A stretch of DNA of 64,000 bases from NCBI GenBank assembly GCA_963794945.1, contig CAWCFT010000005.1:32001-96000 (forward strand), read 5' to 3'. A program made the translations under genes and the position numbers. The notes under the pieces were generated by a model that saw nothing but the letters and a program-made list of their open reading frames with translations, had not been told where the DNA came from and made no database searches. This DNA is from Endomicrobiales bacterium. GTDB taxonomy: Bacteria > Elusimicrobiota > Endomicrobiia > Endomicrobiales > CAWCFT01. Of the stretch, positions 1 through 9,900 are shown in pieces. The stretch's first letter is position 1; each line of letters opens with the position of its first letter.

Positions 1-26
1 TACTTATTCATTCAGGTGAACTCTGA

Positions 27-2621
27 TCACTGCCAGGTAATAAGCCCGGGCAGATACACAACGTTGCCGTCAAGCTGGGGCAGAACCCTCACTACATATC
101 CGCAGTGCCCAACTCTGTCACCGGAAATAGTCCCTTCATAGGTATACAGCCCGTCAGGACCAGCGTTTACCATGTGCATCACGCTGACTACCGGCATGCT
201 CATGCGCCGCTTAGAATCAAGGTAACCAAAATACAACTGAACCGAAACTTTATCAGGCGATATCTGGCCGAGTTTAACTTTTGTCTTGACGGTAAAGCTT
301 TTTCCAAGGCTCACATCGTCCGCTAGATTGTCTTCGGCCTGAATTATCTTAATAGCATCCCAGTTCTTGTAGAGGAACTTCTCCCACTCGACGGTCTTCT
401 GGGCGTTGGCAAACCCATTCTGGACAAGTTTTTCGTTATCAGCGGCCGCGTTGCGGTATGATTTTTTTGTGTATTCTTCTATCATCCTGTTTGTGTTGAA
501 GGCCGGGCAAATGCTCTGCATTGAGGTTTTCATCTTGGTTATCCACTCGCGCGGGAGCCCATCATTGCCCCTGTGGTAGAACATAGGAACTACATCCCTT
601 TCAAGTATATCGTATATTGATTTACTTTCGATCTCATCCTGGTATTCATTATCGGAATATTCTTCTCCCGAACCTATCTTCCAGCCATTCTCGCCGTTAT
701 ACCCTTCGCACCACCAGCCGTCGAGAACACTAATGTTAAGCACGCCGTTGACAGCGGACTTCATACCGCTGGTGCCTGATGCTTCGGCCGGCCTTCTGGG
801 GTTGTTAAGCCATACGTCCGAACCCTGAACCAGATAGTGAGCGACGTTCATATCGTAATCCTCTATGAACACTATCCTGTGTCTCAAGTCGATATCCCTG
901 GAGATATGTATTATATGTTTAATCACTTCTTTTCCGATGTTGTCGGCGGGGTGAGCCTTACCGGCTATTATAATCTGCACGGGTTTGTCTTTCTGCGTCA
1001 TTATCTTCTTGATTCTTTCCAGGTCCCTGAAAATAAGGTCTCCCCTCTTGTATCCGGCAAAACGCCTTGCGAAACCTATTGTCAGCGCTTCAGGGTCAAG
1101 AACTTCATCCGCGTAGCTGATCTCGTTAGGTGAAGCTCCGCGCCGTATAAGTTGGGCTTTGAGCCTCGCCCTTGCGAAAGAAACGAGCCTCTCTCTTCTT
1201 CTTTCGTGGCTTCTCCAGAGTTCCGAATCGGGTATCTGGGCGATGTTCTCCCAAATAGTCTGGTCGGCCGGTTCGTCTTTCCAGGCCGATCCTATATAGC
1301 GGTCGAACAGGCCCGCCATCTCATAAGAAAGCCATGTATTGGTGTGTATGCCGTTTGTGATCGAGAATATAGGCACTTCGCTTTTAGGCACTTCCGGCCA
1401 TATGTCTTTCCACATGTTCCTCGAGATAGTCCCGTGCAATTTGCTGACACCGTTGGCATACTTTGCGAATTTGAGCGCCAGTACTGTCATGCAGAAATTT
1501 TCTTTGATCTCTTTTGGATTAATACGGCCGAAAGCCATAAAATCTTCGATCTTGAAACCAAGTTTTTTATAGGTCGGTTCAAGATATTTTTCTATTAGGT
1601 CTTTTGTGAAAACTTCGTTGCCAGCCGGCACCGGAGTGTGTGTTGTAAAAACGCAGGAACCTCTTACTACTTCGCTCGATGCCTCAAAGCTCAGTTTGCA
1701 TTCTTCCATCAGAAGGCTGATCTTCTCAAGAAGAAGGAACGCCGAGTGGCCTTCGTTAATGTGTATTACGGACGGCTCTATCTGCATGGTCTTTAAAAGA
1801 CGCGTTCCTCCTATACCCAACATCATCTCCTGCTTTATGCGCATCTCCCTGTCACCGCCATAAAGCTGGCTTGTGATGTCCCTGTCTTCGGGCAGATTGT
1901 CATCTATATCCGTGTCCAGCATGAAAAGAGGCACACGTCCCACCTGTATCTTCCATACCCTCGCGTAAACTTTCTTTGCTGGAAAATCAACCGATATTTT
2001 AAGCTGGCCTCCGCTCTGGTCTTTTACCCTCTGTATCGGCATCCTTGAGAAATGGTTCTCAACATATTCTTCCTGCTGCCAGCCGTCAAAGTTAAGATAC
2101 TGTTTGAAATAGCCCTGCCTATAAAGAAGTCCTACGCCTATAAGCGGCAGGCCCATGTCGCTGGCAGATTTCAGGTGGTCGCCTGATAAGATACCAAGGC
2201 CGCCAGAATAGATAGGGAGACTTTCATGTATGCCGAATTCAGTAGAGAAGTAGGCTATCGTCTTGCTCTTCTGGCCGGGATACTGTTTATCATACCAGGT
2301 CTCTATCTGCATGTAACGATTAAGGGCATTTGTCACTCTTTCTAAGTGAGAGAGGAAACCGTTGTCTTCTGAGAGTTCAAGCAAACGTTCTTCTCTGACT
2401 GCACCGAGAAGCATTATGGGATTGTGATAGTGCTCTTCCCACAGATCGCGGTCTATTCTCCTGAAAAGTTCAAGCGCATCTGAATTCCAAACCCACCACA
2501 GATTGTAAGCTATATCCAAAAGCGGTTTAAGGTTTGCGGGTAACGACGGAACTACCACGTACTGTTTTGAATTTTTTACCTGGTATTTTTCTTCTGAAAG
2601 ATTGAACAAGTCGTTCTTCAT
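27..2621 (-). CDS. glgP: Alpha-glucan (glycogen/maltodextrin) phosphorylase
   Basis: 864-aa ORF with AYFSTEFG, YSGGLGILSGDHLKSASD, NEGHSAF, FARRFAGYKR and the PLP-lysine motif EASGTSGMK. Confidence 0.95.
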   Translation of the reverse strand: MKNDLFNLSEEKYQVKNSKQYVVVPSLPANLKPLLDIAYNLWWVWNSDALELFRRIDRDLWEEHYHNPIMLLGAVREERLLELSEDNGFLSHLERVTNALNRYMQIETWYDKQYPGQKSKTIAYFSTEFGIHESLPIYSGGLGILSGDHLKSASDMGLPLIGVGLLYRQGYFKQYLNFDGWQQEEYVENHFSRMPIQRVKDQSGGQLKISVDFPAKKVYARVWKIQVGRVPLFMLDTDIDDNLPEDRDITSQLYGGDREMRIKQEMMLGIGGTRLLKTMQIEPSVIHINEGHSAFLLLEKISLLMEECKLSFEASSEVVRGSCVFTTHTPVPAGNEVFTKDLIEKYLEPTYKKLGFKIEDFMAFGRINPKEIKENFCMTVLALKFAKYANGVSKLHGTISRNMWKDIWPEVPKSEVPIFSITNGIHTNTWLSYEMAGLFDRYIGSAWKDEPADQTIWENIAQIPDSELWRSHERRRERLVSFARARLKAQLIRRGASPNEISYADEVLDPEALTIGFARRFAGYKRGDLIFRDLERIKKIMTQKDKPVQIIIAGKAHPADNIGKEVIKHIIHISRDIDLRHRIVFIEDYDMNVAHYLVQGSDVWLNNPRRPAEASGTSGMKSAVNGVLNISVLDGWWCEGYNGENGWKIGSGEEYSDNEYQDEIESKSIYDILERDVVPMFYHRGNDGLPREWITKMKTSMQSICPAFNTNRMIEEYTKKSYRNAAADNEKLVQNGFANAQKTVEWEKFLYKNWDAIKIIQAEDNLADDVSLGKSFTVKTKVKLGQISPDKVSVQLYFGYLDSKRRMSMPVVSVMHMVNAGPDGLYTYEGTISGDRVGHCGYVVRVLPQLDGNVVYLPGLITWQ

Positions 2622-2812
2622 AAATGCTCCTTTAAAAAATTAGGCCGCGCAATGCTAGAATAAAAATATCCGCATGCAACTTGTTCAAAGTATACCAAAT
2701 ATTTTGAGTTTTAGGAATAGTTTGCAATGATTATTTGAAAATGAGCTTGCGCTCATCCGGAAAAATGCCATAGTTAAACAGAAACATGTTCAATCTGCAT
2801 GATTTTTCAAAC

Positions 2813-2842
2813 AAAAAAGGCTAGTGCTTATTGCGCTAGCCT
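2813..2842 (-). terminator. Intrinsic terminator (second copy, in the tRNA-linked repeat)
   Basis: Minus-strand AGGCTAGCGC-AATAA-GCACTAGCCT stem (one mismatch) followed by a T-tract. Confidence 0.65.
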
Positions 2843-2854
2843 ATGGTGAAAGAT

Positions 2855-2870
2855 TTGGAGCGGGCGATGG
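2855..2870 (-). repeat. 16-bp direct repeat of the tRNA-Gly 3' end
   Basis: ttggagcgggcgatgg at 2855-2870 is identical to 3002-3017 (147 bp apart). Confidence 0.9.
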
Positions 2871-2944
2871 CCGCCTTATACAACATCCTAAGGGTGCGGC
2901 ACTCCCTCGTTGAAAACTCGGCCGGGATTTTTCAAATCCCAAGC

Positions 2945-2978
2945 AAAAAGAAAAAGCTAACGTTTATAGCGCTAGCTT
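2945..2978 (-). terminator. Intrinsic terminator after tRNA-Gly
   Basis: Minus-strand AAGCTAGCG-CTATAAA-CGTTAGCTT stem followed by TTTCTTTTT. Confidence 0.65.
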
Positions 2979-3002
2979 CTGTTCTTTTTACATATTTAAG
3001 AT

Positions 3003-3077
3003 TGGAGCGGGCGATGGGATTTGAACCCACGACCTTCTCGTTGGCAACGAGACGTTCTACCACTGAACTACACCCGC
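3003..3077 (-). tRNA. tRNA-Gly (GCC)
   Basis: Reverse complement GCGGGTGTAGTTCAGTGGTAGAACGTCTCGTTGCCAACGAGAAGGTCGTGGGTTCAAATCCCATCGCCCGCTCCA forms a cloverleaf with anticodon GCC and an encoded CCA. Confidence 0.97.
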
Positions 3078-3085
3078 ATAAAGTC

Positions 3086-3181
3086 AATTACAGATTGCAA
3101 ATTTCAGATTACAGATTTACCAGCTTTAGTTATTTAATTTGAAATTTGTAATTTGAAATTTGTAATATGTAATTTGTAATT
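3086..3181. repeat. Inverted array of degenerate 7-mer tandem repeats
   Basis: AATTACA GATTGCA AATTTCA GATTACA ... AATTTGA AATTTGT AATTTGA AATTTGT AATATGT AATTTGT; the two arms are mutually complementary. Confidence 0.8.
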
Positions 3182-3191
3182 GTTTTAATAA

Positions 3192-3273
3192 TGCTGGAGG
3201 TGGGACTTGAACCCACATTCCGTGAGGAACACGCCCCTCAAACGTGCGCGTATGCCAATTCCGCCACTCCAGC
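3192..3273 (-). tRNA. tRNA-Leu (GAG)
   Basis: Reverse complement GCTGGAGTGGCGGAATTGGCATACGCGCACGTTTGAGGGGCGTGTTCCTCACGGAATGTGGGTTCAAGTCCCACCTCCAGCA; long variable arm, anticodon GAG, CCA not encoded. Confidence 0.95.
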
Positions 3274-3305
3274 AACTGCTTTAATTATATGCCACTGAAT
3301 CAGCT

Positions 3306-3614
3306 TTAATGCCCGGGTGTTTGTGGCGCGCTTGGAGGTGTCACCGGGATATAAGGTATCTGGCTTGTAACGCTTCTGCCTCCCAAACGTGACGTAAGTA
3401 TAGTCAGCGATAGGGATGTCAGCATGAATAGCACAGCCATCACCACCGTAGCTTTCTTGACAAATGCCATGCCGGATGGAGCGCTAAAAAGCTGGTCTGA
3501 TCCGCCACCACCGAAAAGCCCGGCTATACCGGACCCTTTCCCCGCCTGAAGCAGTACTATCAGAATCAAACTTATGCAAACGATAACATGAACTATCAAT
3601 ATCAATATATACAT
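3306..3614 (-). CDS. secG: Preprotein translocase subunit SecG
   Basis: Two TM helices, LIVLLQAGKGSGIAGLFGGGG motif; typical position upstream of tRNA-Leu. Confidence 0.93.
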   Translation of the reverse strand: MYILILIVHVIVCISLILIVLLQAGKGSGIAGLFGGGGSDQLFSAPSGMAFVKKATVVMAVLFMLTSLSLTILTSRLGGRSVTSQIPYIPVTPPSAPQTPGH

Positions 3615-3624
3615 AGTGTTGACA

Positions 3625-3653
3625 ATTATACTAAAACATTAGATTAAAATCAA
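3625..3653 (-). promoter_or_regulatory. Sigma70-type promoter for secG-tRNA
   Basis: TTGATT-17bp-TATAAT on the minus strand, 10 nt before the secG ATG. Confidence 0.7.
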
Positions 3654-3673
3654 TAGCCGTTTATTCCGTCTCA

Positions 3674-4888
3674 TTATTTATCCGGCAGGGCTGCTATACC
3701 CGGAAGAACTTTGCCTTCAAGGAACTCCAGCGATGCTCCGCCGCCAGTAGAAATATGGGTTACCTTTTTGTCTACGCCGGCTTTCTTAACGGCCGCTATC
3801 GAATCGCCGCCGCCAACTACGCTTATCGCGCCTTTTTCGGTAGCCTGGGCCACAAGTTTAGCGATCTCTACGGTACCCTTCGCGAATTGGTCGATCTCAA
3901 AAACGCCCACGGGCCCGTTCCAGACGATCGTCTTTGCTTCAAGAATTACCGGAGCGATACGCTTTATGGTCATAGGGCCAATATCCACGCCCATGAACCC
4001 GGCAGGTATATCAGCTCCTTCTGTTTCTCTTACAATAGCACCGTCAGCTATCTTCTTGTTTGCAAAATCGATTTTATCAGTGATGATATGGTCTATAGGA
4101 ATAAAAAGTTGTATCTTTTTTTCCATCGCCTTCTTTAGGAGATCTTTTGCAACGCTAATCTTATCTTCTTCAACAAGCGAGTTGCCTGTCTCAACATCCT
4201 GAGCCCTCAGGAATGTGTACGCCATAGCGCCACCGATTATAAGGGAGTCAACTTTGCTGAGAAGATTCTCGATAACGCTGATCTTATCGGATACCTTTGC
4301 ACCGCCAAGTATCGCCAGGAAAGGACGTTTTGGGGCTTTTAGGGCTTCGCCCAGGAACTGAAGCTCCTTTTCCACAAGGAAACCTGCCGCCGCTGTTTTC
4401 ATATATTTGGCTATGCCCGCGGTTGATGCGTGCGCCCTGTGAACCGTGCCGAAAGCATCTTGCACGAACACATCACCTAACGACGCGAGCTGGGCAGCGA
4501 ACTTGTCATCGTTCTTTTCTTCTTCAGGATGGAAGCGAAGGTTCTCCAGCAGCAGTATCTCTCCTGGCTTAAGTTCCTGTGCCATTTTGCTCACTTCCGG
4601 GCCGACACAGTCAGGTGCCATCTTGATTGTCATCTTGAGTATATCGCCAAGTTTCTTGGCGGCCGGTTTCAGGCTCATGCTCGGGACAACTTTGCCTTTG
4701 GGCCTACCGAGATGGGACATCAATATGATAGCAGCCTTCTGTTCAAGCAGATACTTTATAGTGGGCAGAGTAGCAACTATACGCTTGTCGTTAGTCACAT
4801 TCTGGTTTTCATCGAGAGGAACGTTGTAGTCCACTCTTACAAGCACCTTCTTTCCTGACACGTCAATGTCTTTTATTGTTTTCTTCAT
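3674..4888 (-). CDS. pgk: Phosphoglycerate kinase
   Basis: RVDYNVP, SHLGRP, LLENLRF, DAFGTVHRAHAS, GGAKVSDK, HISTGGGASLE motifs. Confidence 0.97.
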   Translation of the reverse strand: MKKTIKDIDVSGKKVLVRVDYNVPLDENQNVTNDKRIVATLPTIKYLLEQKAAIILMSHLGRPKGKVVPSMSLKPAAKKLGDILKMTIKMAPDCVGPEVSKMAQELKPGEILLLENLRFHPEEEKNDDKFAAQLASLGDVFVQDAFGTVHRAHASTAGIAKYMKTAAAGFLVEKELQFLGEALKAPKRPFLAILGGAKVSDKISVIENLLSKVDSLIIGGAMAYTFLRAQDVETGNSLVEEDKISVAKDLLKKAMEKKIQLFIPIDHIITDKIDFANKKIADGAIVRETEGADIPAGFMGVDIGPMTIKRIAPVILEAKTIVWNGPVGVFEIDQFAKGTVEIAKLVAQATEKGAISVVGGGDSIAAVKKAGVDKKVTHISTGGGASLEFLEGKVLPGIAALPDK

Positions 4889-4912
4889 TTTCGCACCCCT
4901 TCAAATAAAAAC

Positions 4913-5006
4913 TAGAGAATAGAGAATAAGGGATGCAGAATTTGGTTTCAAAGCCGTTTGGGCCTCTACTGTCTAATTTCAGCTTCTCTTTTCTCTATTC
5001 TCTATT
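4913..5006. repeat. Inverted 7-mer tandem repeats between gap and pgk
   Basis: TAGAGAA TAGAGAA ... TTCTCTT TTCTCTA TTCTCTA. Confidence 0.7.
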
Positions 5007-5011
5007 ATAGT

Positions 5012-6061
5012 TTAGCTCTTCGATATCATATACGAGATAAGGTCCACTACGCGGTTGGAATAACCCCACTCGTTGTCGTACCAGGAAAGCACCTTCACTA
5101 AGTCCCCTTCCATGACTTTGGTGCTCATGGCATCAACATAGGAGCTTAGAGGGCAATGATTGAAATCTACGGAAACAAGCGGCTCTTCAGTGTATCCAAG
5201 TATGCCCTTTAAAAAGCCTTCTGAAGCAGCTTTGAGCGCGGCGTTTACTTCTTCTATCGTAACCGTTTTCTTGAGCAGAACAGTGAGGTCGATCACAGAC
5301 ACATTGGGTGTCGGCACTCTCATCGAAAATCCGTCAAGTTTACCTTTAAGTTCAGGCATAACGAGCCCTATCGCCTTAGCGGCGCCGGTTGAGGTAGGTA
5401 TCATCGAAAGCGCGGCGGCACGGGCGCGGCGCGGGTCAGCGTGCGCCATGTCCTGGACTTTCTGGTCATTCGTGTAAGCGTGAATAGTCGTCATCAGGCC
5501 TTTCTCTATTCCCCACTTGTCGTGAAGAACTTTCGCGACTGGCGCGAGGCTGTTAGTAGTGCAGGAAGCATTAGAAACAACGTGGTGATTCTTCGGGTCG
5601 TATTTGTTTTCATTGACTCCGAGAACTATCGTGATATCTTCGCCAGTTGCGGGAGCAGAAATTATGACTTTCTTGGCTCCGCCGGCGGTTATGTGGTTCT
5701 CTGCGCCGCGAACCGTCTTGCCTTTTTTATTGACGCCGTCTTTTTTAATGGTGAACAGGCCGGTTGACTCAACAACGTAGTCAATGCCGAGGTCCTTCCA
5801 CATTATTTCTGCAGGATCCATTTTTTTAAATACTTTTATCTTTTTGCCGTTTACTGTTATCTCATCATCACCGGTCGCTTTAACATCTGCTTCCAGCTGT
5901 CCGTGAACGGAATCATATTTAAAAAGATGCGCGTTCATTTTCGAATCCGTCAAGTCATTTATAGCGACAAGTTCGATGTTCTTATCATTCCTGTCTATTA
6001 TAGCTCTTGCCACAAGCCTGCCTATCCTGCCAAAACCGTTAATACCAACTTTTACTGCCAT
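5012..6061 (-). CDS. gap: Type I glyceraldehyde-3-phosphate dehydrogenase
   Basis: GINGFGRIGR, SNASCTTN, WYDNEWGY; start taken at ATG 6061 (MAVKVG), which has an upstream GGAGG RBS. Confidence 0.97.
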   Translation of the reverse strand: MAVKVGINGFGRIGRLVARAIIDRNDKNIELVAINDLTDSKMNAHLFKYDSVHGQLEADVKATGDDEITVNGKKIKVFKKMDPAEIMWKDLGIDYVVESTGLFTIKKDGVNKKGKTVRGAENHITAGGAKKVIISAPATGEDITIVLGVNENKYDPKNHHVVSNASCTTNSLAPVAKVLHDKWGIEKGLMTTIHAYTNDQKVQDMAHADPRRARAAALSMIPTSTGAAKAIGLVMPELKGKLDGFSMRVPTPNVSVIDLTVLLKKTVTIEEVNAALKAASEGFLKGILGYTEEPLVSVDFNHCPLSSYVDAMSTKVMEGDLVKVLSWYDNEWGYSNRVVDLISYMISKS

Positions 6062-6116
6062 GTGAGTGTCCTCCTGTTTATTAATTTTCTCTTCTTTGAG
6101 AAATTTGTAAGTCACC

Positions 6117-6145
6117 ATATTATAAAAAATAACTTTTGTTGTCAA
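6117..6145 (-). promoter_or_regulatory. Sigma70-type promoter for gap-pgk
   Basis: TTGACA at 6145-6140 with TATAAT (15-bp spacer) or TAATAT (17-bp spacer). Confidence 0.55.
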
Positions 6146-6180
6146 ATCCAGTTGCACGTTTTGAGAGATGTGACCAGCTT

Positions 6181-6900
6181 TTAATCTCGAGCGAAGGCCA
6201 GCCCGTAAACTTTCTCAGCCCCGGCCTCTCGCAGAACCTTTGAACATTCATCCATAGTTGCGCACGTAGTGCATACATCGTCGACAAGAAGAATGTTCTT
6301 GCCTTTAATTACTGTCTTCAGTTCTTCATTGAAACCGAAGCAACCGGCAATATTATCGCGTCTTTCTGCCTTTTTAAGCCCATATTGCGCCCTTGTGACC
6401 CTTTTGCGCACCAACCCTTTCAGTACCGGTTTTACCAAGTACTCCGAAATTTTTCTTGCTATTAATTCCGCCTGATTGTAACCGCGGAAATATTCTTTAA
6501 ACCTGTGCATAGGCACAAACACTATAAGATCGATATTGCTTTCGGCATCGAGCGCCCTGGCTGTTCTTTCCATAAGGCGCCCGATCACTCTTATTACATA
6601 TTCACGGCCTCCGTATTTAAGTTTATGAATGAGGCTCCTTGCAATGTCTTTATAGACGCAAGCCGCCCTCACTTTTTCAAAATGGTATTTAACACCTTTG
6701 CCGCAAATATAACAGTGTTCCCCTCCATCAGGCAGATCAAGCCCGCATTTGGCGCAGTAATGTTTATCAATTAGTTTGATCTTACATTCGCATTCCGGAC
6801 ATATCCTGTAATGGTCGTCAAACGGGAGGTCACAACCGCATTCTAAACACGTGACTGGAAAAAGGAAGTTGACACTTTTAAGCCATATTTCTTTCATCAT
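6181..6900 (-). CDS. comF: ComF family protein (double zinc ribbon plus phosphoribosyltransferase domain)
   Basis: N-terminal CxxC pairs, RGYNQAELIA, ILLVDDVCTT PRPP-binding motif. Confidence 0.88.
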   Translation of the reverse strand: MMKEIWLKSVNFLFPVTCLECGCDLPFDDHYRICPECECKIKLIDKHYCAKCGLDLPDGGEHCYICGKGVKYHFEKVRAACVYKDIARSLIHKLKYGGREYVIRVIGRLMERTARALDAESNIDLIVFVPMHRFKEYFRGYNQAELIARKISEYLVKPVLKGLVRKRVTRAQYGLKKAERRDNIAGCFGFNEELKTVIKGKNILLVDDVCTTCATMDECSKVLREAGAEKVYGLAFARD

Positions 6901-6923
6901 GAACTTCTGCCGTTATTGTTAGC

Positions 6924-9900
6924 TTAGAACGTTATAGTCATCCGGCTTGTAAGATCGTATTCAGTATAGCTAGTATTGTCTATCCCTGTTGCCACCCTGT
7001 TATCAACCCTGGTCAGGCCTAACCCGAACGAAAGCCGGAAGTTTTGTGAAATTTCGTATTCAGCGCTGCTATTAATAGTTGCCGTGTTCGTATTATCGGT
7101 TGTTACATTAAGGCTTGACTGTTTAATTATATACTTCAGTGTGTTATTTATGATCATTCTGTTAGTAAGGTTAAGCTTTCTGCTGGAAAAAGGTATGGGT
7201 ATGCCTTTTGGGAACGACATATCAGCATACATCTGTATGCTGTACGTGTCAGTTTGCAAATCAGTTGTAAGTTTACCGGTACCGTCTGAGCCCTGTTCAG
7301 ACTTTCGTCATAGCGTGTAGTAATACGCCAATGTTTCCAGTTGAACGCCCCTTGCGCTGACCATGCCGTGTTTTGTCCTGAATCAGCCGTGACATTTTGA
7401 ACAAGGTCTTTGTCTTCATTGACCTGCGATGAAGCGGACAAGCTCATGTCAACTTTTTTTAGCAGGTTAAATCTAAAGTCAGCGCCGTAAGTCTCGCTAT
7501 TGCCTTCTGTATAATTTTCAGTTTTCGTAGTTTTTATCTGGGTTTTCAGGTTTAACTGAGAGTCATGCACCCATTTTTCAAGCCAGAGCATCTTTTCTAT
7601 CTGGCTCATCCCAAGTAAAATATCAGGCCAGACCGTGGTTTTGGTGAATCTCTCGGTGCCTGTTATTGTTGAATCTTCCTGGCTGTTAGTAAAAGTAAAG
7701 TTGGTAGTTATTGTCTTCATTGGAGCTAATCGGCCCGATAAATTAAAAGCTTCGAACGGATTGTATCTACCGGAGAGCCTTGCATCATCCTTGTAATCCA
7801 TAGCCTGTACGGTGAATGATGACGAAGCTCCCTGGAAGTTAGAGATATCGTTGGCAAGGCTATTACCTCTTATCCAAAGCCTGTTCGCGGTGAATCCGTA
7901 TGGGTCAAATGAACTGACAACGTTATTGTATGAATCACTGTCTTGTATCCTAAATGAAGATGAAAAACCCAGAGATTGTGTATATTTATATTTCAAAATG
8001 TCCTTGACCTGAAAATTCCACGAGACCTCGCCAGTTCCGCTTCTTTCTATGAACTTTGTGGTACCGGGATATGAGATCGTGTCAGTAGAAACAACTGTTG
8101 TTGGCAAACCCGTGGTAGTGCTTATAACTACCGTACCGGTGCTGTACGCTGAATTATACGTTTCTTTAATGCTTATCATATAACTGACATTTGGCTGGAA
8201 CCATTTCGCAAGCCGTAAGGATGATGTAACCCCCAAATCCTGACCGGTATTTTTCATATACTCGGGTATTGAAGGGACAAAATCTTTATTGATCTCCGAC
8301 ACTTGTGAACGGCTGTAACTAGGTGAAACGCTAAGCCACGAGAAGAACTGAAAAGGCGCTTTAAACGAGTACGATCTGCTAGTGTCAAGCGTATGATAGT
8401 CATCTATTTTATAACCAGGTTCATCGCTCATCCCAAGGTATTTATATAACGCGTTCGGATCAAGAAAATCGCTTGACGTCGGTATCGCGCTTGAAGGATA
8501 AACCTTGAAATATGAATATCCAAGACTCGTATTGGCCGATATGTGGGTCGGGAAAAGAAAAAATCTCACGGGAGTGTTGTATTCAAGGCTTCCTGACATT
8601 TTTTGGTCGTCTTGAAGTTGCTGTATTTGCTGAGTATCGGTTATCGTTCTGTTGTACTGACCATTTAAAACAGGCAGGTACCTTCCGACTGACGGGAAAG
8701 CGCTTCCTATATTCAGTGACGTGTTAAGAGTGCCGTTATAATTAACGACCTGACCTTCTTCAAGCAGGGATACAAGATTATTCTGCGTTTGCACTACTGA
8801 AGGCGTTACCACAACTGAATGATCGAGCTCTGTGCTTATCGGCAGTATAGACAATCTATTGAACTTGAAATATGCCTTTTCATCAGTTGTATCCCTGTTA
8901 TAGACGCCCGCCGAAAATGTTCGAAAGTTCCTGTCGACTTGTTTCTTGTAAACCCCGAACTCCGCCCAGCGAGGCAGTTTGAAATCCAAGTTCACCCTGT
9001 TTGCGCCTCCGTTTTTAATATAAGGATTTTCCACGAACATATCATCGATCCATATTTGACCGTTTGGCCTCGGCGCATGCGTCCGTACACCCGTTCTGAA
9101 TTGCCCTATGGCAAGAAAAGATGGGCTTCCGACAATCTGTGTCATAGCTCCACCAGCATCGGATGTAGCTCCGCTTGAATTCACTGCCCATGTTTGTGGC
9201 CTATTATTTTTTTGAGTAATATCATATTGATATATAATTATTTCTTTCCACTTGTTCCACGTTATTGGAACAGAGTATTCATAATAGTTTGTGTCATCGC
9301 CGGCTTGAAGAAAAAATGTATCACCATTATCTTGGGTGCTGCCGTAAACAAAGACATGGAATTCCTTATAATTTGAAAGATCGTATGGTGTAGTAAAAAC
9401 TTCTTTTACAGCGACCTCCTCTCCCGTTGAGGCCACGGTCGTATATTGCATTTGGAGCGCTTGTTCATTCATACCAGTCAGGTTTGTAGCGGATGTGATA
9501 CCATAAATGCTCTGATATGTCGGATTAAATATCAACGACTCATTTGCGTATTCGCTATTTGACCTATCAATCGCTGTAATGCTCTCAGTACTTCCATTTT
9601 GAAGCGTGCTCGCTACTAGAAAGCGGTTGCTTACAGCACCTAAAGTGTATATTTTAATAAAATTACTAGGGCCTTGGAGATTTTGGGTAGAACTTGTTCT
9701 TCGTATTGTAATCCTTACCTGTTTTATTGTTTGCCAGTCAGCAGCATTCGCAATATTTAAAGGAACCGTAAAATATTTCCATCCTTTCCAGTCGACTGAA
9801 GTATGAGTGTTGCCAGCGGTATCTATGATGCCTCTCGTGCTTTCAGCACCGTAAGGGCCTGGATAAGCAATATTGTCAATACGGTTCAATACTCCGTCAC

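Noticed and set aside
2843..3142. 99-aa plus-strand ORF with a repeated LERAM peptide
   Set aside because: It is antisense to tRNA-Gly; the repeated peptide is just the translated tRNA 3'-end duplication
3086..3181. CRISPR array
   Set aside because: Units are 7 bp with no unique spacers, and there are no cas genes in the window
6062..6157. N-terminal extension of gap in the ORF track
   Set aside because: It overlaps the promoter; the ATG at 6061 has an RBS and matches the family start
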